From Pelodictyon phaeoclathratiforme BU-1 (GTDB taxonomy: Bacteria; Bacteroidota; Chlorobiia; Chlorobiales; Chlorobiaceae): a DNA stretch of 32,000 nt. Below are positions 26,224 to 32,000 of the stretch, one piece after another. Position 1 is the stretch's first letter. Every line of letters begins with the position of its first letter. Location: positions 2,252,409 through 2,284,408 of the forward strand of contig NC_011060.1 in the NCBI RefSeq assembly GCF_000020645.1. Direction: 5' to 3'. The translations under genes and the position numbers were made by a program. The notes under the pieces are model-generated. The model was given only the letters and a program-made list of their open reading frames with translations, was not told the DNA's origin and searched no databases.

Positions 26224-26313
26224 TTATGAGAAACAACCCAATCCCAGCGAGCGCAAAAGGTTACTGATATCGGCCTGCCGGGCTTGATGCTGTTTCACCT
26301 CTTCAAGCTTCGC
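26224..26313 (-). pseudogene. Relic 3' end of a second DGR-type RT gene
   Basis: The minus strand reads AKLEEVKQHQARQADISNLLRSLGLGCFS*, against the intact RT C-terminus GWVGHARQADTRNLLRSLGLVEKS*. Nucleotide similarity to 20620-20680 is visible by eye. It is bounded upstream by a stop, and no RT body is present. Confidence 0.45.
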
Positions 26314-26365
26314 TTACAATCTGCGCAAGTGGACTGCTCATTGTTTTTACTGGTTTCCGCTTTTG

Positions 26366-26750
26366 TCAAGCAATTTTCGGAGGCTGGATTGCCGAGGAGT
26401 TGAAGGCTACAAGCTTGTGCCAGTTGATAGCACCACTGTCGTCGCAATACTCGATACTGAATTGGCGGGTAAATTTATTGAGCATCCTGTCATAGGAGTC
26501 CTGAAACTCTTCGCTTTTTTCCTGGGCCTTGTGACCCAGCGGGTCGATAAGCTCGGTGTAGAGATTGGGATCTGAAGAGATAAACTCCCAAAAAGTCTGG
26601 CCGCAATATTTGAAATAGTCGCCCTGATCGGGGGTACTAACTCTGCCGTAACAGCAGCCATTAACGGCAACAACCTATTCTTTTCTGATGAAAGGTGCCG
26701 ATGTTCTCTTCAACGTAGGTCAATACGTCGTTCAGGATAAGTGGTTTCAT
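26366..26750 (-). pseudogene. Remnant of a probable type II restriction endonuclease (frameshifted, apparently missing its middle)
   Basis: AAGGAGGAG RBS plus an ATG at 26750, overlapping the methyltransferase 3' end, gives MKPLILNDVLTYVEENIGTFHQKRIGCCR*. A startless frame (26674-26366) reads ...GCCYGRVSTPDQGDYFKYCGQTFWEFISSDPNLYTELIDPLG...*. The RE assignment comes from context and remembered motifs only. Confidence 0.35.
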
Positions 26751-27588
26751 GCTCCTCCTTTTGTTCCAGCAGATAGAGTTCAACCGGTTTCAGCTCCGTT
26801 TTTACCATGTCGTAGTACTCTGGCACAATTTCAATGCCGATAGAGTTTCTTCTCATTCTTTGCGCTACCGCATTGGTTGTTCCTGACCCCATGAATGGAT
26901 CGAGCACAGTATCTCCCTCTTTGGTAAAGAGCTTGATAAACCATTCCGGAAGCCCTTCAGGAAAGGCTGCGCTGTGTTTTTTGTTGTTGCATTCTGTGGC
27001 GAGGTGCAGCACGTTGGTCGGATAGGCCATCTCCCGATCCAGCCAGTTTGAGATATTTTTTCCGAACCCGCTGCCGACCTTCGATTCATCACGCGTTTTG
27101 TCGGTCTCACTCAGGTTTTTCAGGCGGGTTTTCGACCAATCGCCCATTGGCACCATAACGGCTTTCTGGTCCATATAAAAGTGCTTGCTTTTATTGAACT
27201 GGATCAACCGTTCCCAGGAATCCCTGAATCGGTTTGGCCATTTACCGGGATAACAGTTTTTTTTATGCCAGATAAATTCTTCTGTCCAGAACCAGCCCTG
27301 CTTCCTCATTTCAAGAATGAGTTCCATCACGTAGGTACTCCGTTCGCCATTGACAACCTTCTCCTTGATGTTCAGGACAAAGGTACCTGTTGGTTTCAGC
27401 ACCCTCAGAAGCTGCAGGGATATCGGTAAAAACCACTCAACATAATCGTCCGGATGAAAGCCGCCATAGGTTTGTTTTCTCTGGTCAGCATAGGGCGGGG
27501 AGGTAAATATCAGGTCTACCGAATCATCCGGCAACGTTTTGAGCAGTTGTGTGCAGTCTCCAAGGTAGAGATCCGTTTTTGTTTCCAT
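26710..27588 (-). CDS. Beta-class DNA methyltransferase (N4-cytosine or N6-adenine)
   Basis: 292 aa. Motif IV TSPPY precedes motif I DPFMGSGTT (beta-class order). The SPPY form hints at m4C specificity. Confidence 0.85.
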   Translation of the reverse strand: METKTDLYLGDCTQLLKTLPDDSVDLIFTSPPYADQRKQTYGGFHPDDYVEWFLPISLQLLRVLKPTGTFVLNIKEKVVNGERSTYVMELILEMRKQGWFWTEEFIWHKKNCYPGKWPNRFRDSWERLIQFNKSKHFYMDQKAVMVPMGDWSKTRLKNLSETDKTRDESKVGSGFGKNISNWLDREMAYPTNVLHLATECNNKKHSAAFPEGLPEWFIKLFTKEGDTVLDPFMGSGTTNAVAQRMRRNSIGIEIVPEYYDMVKTELKPVELYLLEQKEEHETTYPERRIDLR

Positions 27589-27837
27589 GCGTATAAGCTT
27601 TCAAAGTCGTAAGATGTTCATCTCTCGCAGTAGTTGTGTCGCATTCGATACTGCACTGGCTGAAACTTACATTATTTTTTTGATTTATCCGGTTGAGAGG
27701 CCACGCTGCTGCAACCCGATAAGGGTGCTGGGGCATGGAGCAACAACTTTTCTCCCGAAAAAATGAGCCCCTCATAAAAATGGGATAATTCCGTATACTC
27801 CCCTTTTTATGACACAACCAAAACGGGAGAAGCAACC

Positions 27838-28020
27838 ATGGCAATGACTGTAGAGATCAAGAACAACAAGCTTTGTATTGAAATCGATCTTGAAACCCCT
27901 ACCCCTTCGGCTTCTGGTAAGACCCTTGTTGTTGCAAGCACGCGCGGCAATGCAGTCACCACCGCAGAGGTGAATGGCAAGCCAATCATTATCGGTCTGA
28001 ACGCCTATATCAAGCCTTAA
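27838..28020 (+). CDS. Small hypothetical protein (60 aa)
   Basis: ATG preceded by GGGAGA at a suitable distance. The composition is protein-like, and I recognise no family. Confidence 0.45.
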   Translation: MAMTVEIKNNKLCIEIDLETPTPSASGKTLVVASTRGNAVTTAEVNGKPIIIGLNAYIKP

Positions 28021-28022
28021 GG

Positions 28023-28955
28023 CTAAAGGAGATTCCGGCACGCCTCTCCGGGATATTCGATTTCAACGGTTGAGTGATACAGTCCGTATCGCTCAACCAG
28101 CGCTCTGATAAGCTCCTTGAGTTGCATGTAAGCTTCGGCGTCGAGAAGGGCATCGACTTCGAGGTGGGCGGTAAAGACGGTATGAACACCGTCGAGTGAC
28201 CAGATGTGGGCATGATGGACAGCATGAATATGCTCCATCGCTTCGATCTCTCTGGTAATGAGAGCGATATCAAGCTCATCGGGCACGGCCTGCAGAAAGA
28301 CCGGCAGCATGGCTTTGAGGTTTTTAACCACACCGGAGAGAATGTAGAGCGTGATGATGACGGCAAGAAGCGGGTCGAGCACCGGAATATTCCAGAAGTA
28401 GAGCACAACGGCAACAACAAGCACGGCAACCCATCCGAGCATATCTTCGAGCAGGTGCAGGGCAACCACTTTTGCATTCAGACCACTCTCTTTCGAAAGT
28501 CTTGCCATGGCAATGCCGTTGACGATAACACCAATAATAGCCAGAAGAATCATCCCTCCGGCATCGGGTTTTTGTGGTTCAAGAATGCGGGGTATGGCGT
28601 GGGCAAGCACAAAGAGTGAACTGGTAAGCAGCACCACTGTACTGATGAGCGCTCCAAGCAGGGAGAAGCGTTTGTAGCCGTAGGAGTAGCGCGCGCTGCT
28701 CTTTTCTCCTGATTTTTCCTCAAAATACCATGCCTGGGCAAGAGCAAGGGAGTCGCCGAGATCGTGAACGGCATCGGCGAGGATTGCAGTGCTGCCGGTT
28801 AACAGTCCACCGACAATTTCAACCAGGGTAAAGCCCACATTGAGAAAAAAGGCCACCTTGATGTTTCCTGACGCATGATGATGATGGTGATGATGCGTCG
28901 AATCATGGGTATGCGCACACTCTCCCGATGTTGTGTTGCTCATAATGGCATTCAA
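28023..28955 (-). CDS. czcD: Cation diffusion facilitator (Zn/Co/Cd efflux) transporter
   Basis: 310 aa. His-rich N-terminus (HTHDSTHHHHHHHASG), CDF TM signature (LADAVHDLGDS, HLLEDMLGWVAV) and a C-terminal cytoplasmic domain. Confidence 0.85.
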   Translation of the reverse strand: MNAIMSNTTSGECAHTHDSTHHHHHHHASGNIKVAFFLNVGFTLVEIVGGLLTGSTAILADAVHDLGDSLALAQAWYFEEKSGEKSSARYSYGYKRFSLLGALISTVVLLTSSLFVLAHAIPRILEPQKPDAGGMILLAIIGVIVNGIAMARLSKESGLNAKVVALHLLEDMLGWVAVLVVAVVLYFWNIPVLDPLLAVIITLYILSGVVKNLKAMLPVFLQAVPDELDIALITREIEAMEHIHAVHHAHIWSLDGVHTVFTAHLEVDALLDAEAYMQLKELIRALVERYGLYHSTVEIEYPGEACRNLL

Positions 28956-28988
28956 TTTTTCTATGACGTTGACCTCTCCCTGGCTCTT

Positions 28989-29855
28989 TCAATCAAACAC
29001 AACCGTTTTTTTGCCGTTCACAAGAATTCGGTGCTCGGAGTGCAGACGAAGGGCTTGTGCAAGCACCAGCCGTTCAAGGTCGCGCCCTTTGCGGACAAGA
29101 TCGTCCAGTGTATCCTTGTGGCTCACCCGCACAATGTCCTGCTCGATAATCGGTCCCTGATCGAGTTCTTCAGTCACGTAGTGGCTTGTGGCTCCGATGA
29201 TTTTAACGCCCCGTTCATAGGCCTGCCGGTAGGGACTGCTGCCGACAAAGGCTGGCAGAAAGGAGTGATGAATGTTGATAATCTGACCCGGATAGCGGTC
29301 AACGAATTGTGATGACAGTATCTGCATATAGCGGGCAAGCACAATGGTGTCGATCGAGTGCTTTTCAAGAAGCTCTCTTTCCTGTAATTCAATCTCCTGC
29401 TTGCTGGCACTGCTGACAGGGAAACAATGATACGGGATTCCATGGTGTTCGGCAAGCGGAGCAAGATCGGGATGGTTTGAGATAATCAGCGCAATATCGA
29501 TGGCGAACTCTCCGATACTGTTCCGCCAGAGAATCTCCTGGAGACAGTGATCGTAACGGGAGACAAATATTGCAATACGGGTTTTTCTACCGGTAAAACG
29601 AATTTTCCATATGGCGTTGAACTCTTTCGCCAGAGGCATAAAGGCCTCAACAAGCTCAGAGGGGGGAATCGAAAAGTTTTCAGTACTCCATGATACCCTG
29701 ATAAAAAAAGTTTTTTCAACAGGATCCACATGCTCGTCGAGATCCAGAATATTGCCCCCCCGCTCATAGATAAAGTGTGAAATGCGGGAAACCAGACCGG
29801 GTCGGTCAGCACAGGAGAGAAGAAGAATCGCCACCGTATCTGATTTTTTCATCAT
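28989..29855 (-). CDS. purU: Formyltetrahydrofolate deformylase
   Basis: 288 aa. N-terminal ACT domain (ILLLSCADRPGLVSRISHFI) plus a formyltransferase domain (IINIHHSFLPAF, GVKIIGATSHYV). Confidence 0.9.
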   Translation of the reverse strand: MMKKSDTVAILLLSCADRPGLVSRISHFIYERGGNILDLDEHVDPVEKTFFIRVSWSTENFSIPPSELVEAFMPLAKEFNAIWKIRFTGRKTRIAIFVSRYDHCLQEILWRNSIGEFAIDIALIISNHPDLAPLAEHHGIPYHCFPVSSASKQEIELQERELLEKHSIDTIVLARYMQILSSQFVDRYPGQIINIHHSFLPAFVGSSPYRQAYERGVKIIGATSHYVTEELDQGPIIEQDIVRVSHKDTLDDLVRKGRDLERLVLAQALRLHSEHRILVNGKKTVVFD

Positions 29856-29963
29856 CTTTATTTTGAATGAAAGAAGTTTGCATTTGCAAAAACAAGAAGT
29901 TGCAAAGAGGAAAAAATTTAATGTATTTTTTCGGCCAATCGTTGGTCAAAGATAACTCCTTGC

Positions 29964-30224
29964 GTGATGGCTGAAACTATGAAAGTTTTATTGAAAAAAG
30001 TACCGGTTTTCTGGATTGTTCTCAGCCTTACTGCACTTCTCTATCTCATCAATTTCAGTGTCAATGACATCTGGACAGAAAATGAGAGCTTTTATGCTGA
30101 ATCGGTGCGGGAGATGGCTGAAAAGGGGAATTATCTTGAAATCAACAACAGTCGTTTTTACCAGCTTGCGGCTGTTGCCCTCCCTTGGCTTGACTTACAG
30201 CCTGATCTACAAAAAATAGTTTGA
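29964..30224 (+). pseudogene. N-terminal stub resembling a GT39/ArnT-family glycosyltransferase
   Basis: NDIWTENESFYAESVREMAEKGNYLE parallels FDVDEGAFSEATREMMISKNYLT of the downstream GT39 gene. The similarity stops after ~60 aa and the ORF ends at 86 aa. It could instead be a genuine small membrane protein. Confidence 0.3.
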
Positions 30225-30850
30225 TGATGAATCGTTCCCTGCAATGGAGTATCAGCTCTGCGACGGTTGCCCTGCTCTGTTTCGTCAGTTTTACCTCTGC
30301 GGATATTGAGACTGCGTTGTGGTTCCATGCGCTCGACAACACCGCGCTTTACACCCTCTTCAAAAAAATAACGCTCTTTGGCGATTCAACAGGCTACCTT
30401 GTCGGGGGGCTCTTGCTCTTTGTTGTTTTTCGCAACCGCAACCCGTTCAGGGCTTATGCGGGCCTTTTCCTCTTCTCTTCCGTCGCTCTTTCGGGTTTGA
30501 GTGCTGACCTTGTCAAATACCTTGCCGGTCGGGCAAGACCGAAACTCTATTTCAGTGAACAGCTCTACGGATTTGCCGCTTTCCATTGGGAACACGCATG
30601 GACCTCCTTTCCCTCCGGCCATTCTGCAACGGCGCTGAGTGTGGCTACGGTTCTTGCAACCCTTTACCCGCGCTGGCGCTTTGCCGCCCTCTTTGGCGCT
30701 CTCCTGATCGCTTTCAGTCGTATTTTTCTTGCCCAGCACTATGTCAGTGATGTTATAGCCGGCTCTTTTTTTGGTATTGTTTCAACAGTGCTGCTCTACC
30801 ATCTTTATTTCAAAACAAAGTTTGATGACTCCTTACACAACAAAATCTGA
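30224..30850 (+). CDS. PAP2-family lipid phosphatase
   Basis: All three PAP2 motifs are present: KYLAGRARP, PSGHS and SRIFLAQHYVSDV. It is a multi-TM protein. I prefer the ATG at 30224 (the track starts at a TTG at 30221). Confidence 0.8.
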   Translation: MMNRSLQWSISSATVALLCFVSFTSADIETALWFHALDNTALYTLFKKITLFGDSTGYLVGGLLLFVVFRNRNPFRAYAGLFLFSSVALSGLSADLVKYLAGRARPKLYFSEQLYGFAAFHWEHAWTSFPSGHSATALSVATVLATLYPRWRFAALFGALLIAFSRIFLAQHYVSDVIAGSFFGIVSTVLLYHLYFKTKFDDSLHNKI

Positions 30851-32000
30851 AACCGGCTGGTTTCTGGCTGCGCTCATCATCCTGATCCTTGTCAGTTTTT
30901 TTCTGGGCCTTGGATCTGCTCCACTTTTTGACGTTGATGAGGGGGCTTTCAGCGAGGCTACGCGGGAGATGATGATCAGTAAAAATTATCTGACCACCTG
31001 GCTAAACGGCGCTCCCCGTTTTGACAAGCCGATTTTGATTTACTGGCTGCAACTGGCCTCCGTCAGGGTGTTCGGATTGAGTGAGTTTGCGTTCCGGCTC
31101 CCCTCTGCCCTGGCTGGCAGCGCATGGGCACTATCAATTTTTCTGTTTGTGCGAAAAGAAATCGGCAACCGCCAGGCCTTTCTTGCTGCGGCGATGATGG
31201 TGCTCTCGATGCAGGTGATGGTTATTGCCAAAGCGGCCATAGCAGACGGCCTCCTTAACTGCTTTCTTGCCATAACCATGTTCGGGCTGCTCCATCATTA
31301 CAAAACAGGCTCGAAGCTCGCCCTGCACCTCTCCTTTGCTGCCGCTGGTTTCGGTATGCTTACGAAAGGGCCGATTGCCCTCATTATTCCCCTTGCCGTG
31401 ACATTTCTTTTTTCACTGCAGGAGAGATCCTTGAAACAATGGTTGCGCATGATCGTCAACCCGACAGGGATCATACTCTTTCTCGCCATTGCCTTGCCCT
31501 GGTATCTGCTCGAATACCTTGATCAGGGAATGGCTTTTGTTGAAGGATTTTTCTTCAAGCACAATATCAGCCGTTTCAACTCCTCTTTCGAAGGGCACTC
31601 GGGCTCACTGTTCTACTATGTTCCGGTCATCATGCTCGGACTCATGCCCTTTACCGGTCTTTTCTTTACCCTGCTTTTCAACATCAAGCCACTGCTTTCC
31701 GACCGGATGAACCGTTTTCTTCTTATCTGGTTCGCCTTTGTCTTTCTCTTTTTCTCCCTCTCGGGCACCAAATTGCCGCACTACATGATCTACGGTTATA
31801 CACCGCTCTTTATCCTTATGGCAAGGGTTGTGCCGATGAACCGTCATCCAAAAAGCCTTGCACTCTGGCCGCTGCTTTTGCTCGCCGCTTTTGCCTCCCT
31901 CCCGCTGCTCCTGCAGGTGGCATTGCAAAAAATCGACGACAGTTATATCAGGGCAATAGTCGAGGGGGGCGTGCTGCTTACAGACCAGAACTATCTGCTG
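30825..32000 (+). CDS. GT39/ArnT-like (PMT_2) membrane glycosyltransferase, 3' end beyond the window
   Basis: The frame is open from the ATG at 30825 to the window end (392 codons, translated by hand; it is not in the ORF track because it has no stop). Polytopic membrane protein with D-E-G-A-F-S-E-A-T-R-E-M, PRFDKPILIYWL and LTKGPIALIIPL motifs typical of ArnT-like enzymes. Confidence 0.8.
   Translation, partial: MTPYTTKSETGWFLAALIILILVSFFLGLGSAPLFDVDEGAFSEATREMMISKNYLTTWLNGAPRFDKPILIYWLQLASVRVFGLSEFAFRLPSALAGSAWALSIFLFVRKEIGNRQAFLAAAMMVLSMQVMVIAKAAIADGLLNCFLAITMFGLLHHYKTGSKLALHLSFAAAGFGMLTKGPIALIIPLAVTFLFSLQERSLKQWLRMIVNPTGIILFLAIALPWYLLEYLDQGMAFVEGFFFKHNISRFNSSFEGHSGSLFYYVPVIMLGLMPFTGLFFTLLFNIKPLLSDRMNRFLLIWFAFVFLFFSLSGTKLPHYMIYGYTPLFILMARVVPMNRHPKSLALWPLLLLAAFASLPLLLQVALQKIDDSYIRAIVEGGVLLTDQNYLL

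Noticed and set aside
26363-26673. ORFs 26407-26673(-) and 26363-26575(+)
   Set aside because: Both have odd, low-complexity compositions. They occupy wrong frames across the stretch whose third minus frame gives a clean protein-like sequence, the RE-remnant call.
28010-28477. 155-aa minus ORF overlapping czcD in another frame, and plus-strand ORFs 28206-28619 and 28875-29312
   Set aside because: They are shadow frames of the czcD and purU coding regions.
29870-29900. TTTGCAAA palindrome and repeated TTGCA motifs in the purU upstream region as an operator or riboswitch
   Set aside because: The motif is too short to distinguish from chance, and I could see no ZTP/pfl-like or other riboswitch consensus.
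31040-31928. Minus-strand ORFs (31040-31279, 31134-31328, 31298-31489, 31413-31598, 31605-31928)
   Set aside because: They are antisense to the hand-translated, uninterrupted GT39/ArnT-like frame, which has clear family motifs.
1-32000. Search by eye for CRISPR arrays, tRNA/rRNA genes, IS elements, integrases and prophage genes
   Set aside because: I found no regularly spaced direct repeats, no cloverleaf-like candidates in intergenic regions, and no transposase or integrase motifs in any ORF. The only repeat family seen is the DGR TR/VR set with its flanks.

Overview
The window looks like a green sulfur bacterium (Chlorobiaceae-like) chromosome. That assignment is an inference from gene content and order, not a search result.

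(1) 1-12.2 kb, plus strand: a branched-chain amino-acid cluster, ilvB(partial) - [3.4 kb PAS hybrid sensor kinase inserted] - ilvN-ilvC-leuB-leuA-leuC-leuD-cimA.

(2) 12.2-15.6 kb: a region with several decayed genes. It holds an FrhB/BciB-like Fe-S flavoprotein gene with an in-frame TGA, a short SDR stub, a phd/vapC toxin-antitoxin pair whose vapC has an in-frame TAA, and a lipocalin lipoprotein (blc).

(3) 15.6-26.2 kb, all on the minus strand: the main finding, a complete diversity-generating retroelement (DGR).
- It has the RT at 20611-21642, the template repeat (TR) at about 21850-21974, and avd at 22038-22373.
- Its variable repeats (VRs) lie in the C-terminal FGE/C-type-lectin-fold domains of two paralogous ~1000-aa NACHT STAND NTPases: VR1 at 22433-22557 and remote VR2 at 15679-15800.
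- TR/VR differences fall almost only on TR adenines.
- A third FGE-domain paralog (18760-20158) is frameshifted and its VR-like region has drifted.
- A phd-parE module overlaps the start of the first NACHT gene, and an orphan phd-like antitoxin follows the RT.

(4) 26.2-28.0 kb: a relic of a second DGR RT 3' end, a gutted restriction-endonuclease remnant overlapping a beta-class DNA methyltransferase, and a small hypothetical ORF.

(5) 28-32 kb: czcD-like CDF transporter, purU, a GT39 N-terminal stub, a PAP2 phosphatase and a partial GT39/ArnT-like glycosyltransferase running off the window.

I saw no rRNA, tRNA, CRISPR array, transposase or integrase. All calls rest on reading the supplied translations and nucleotides by eye; no database search was run.
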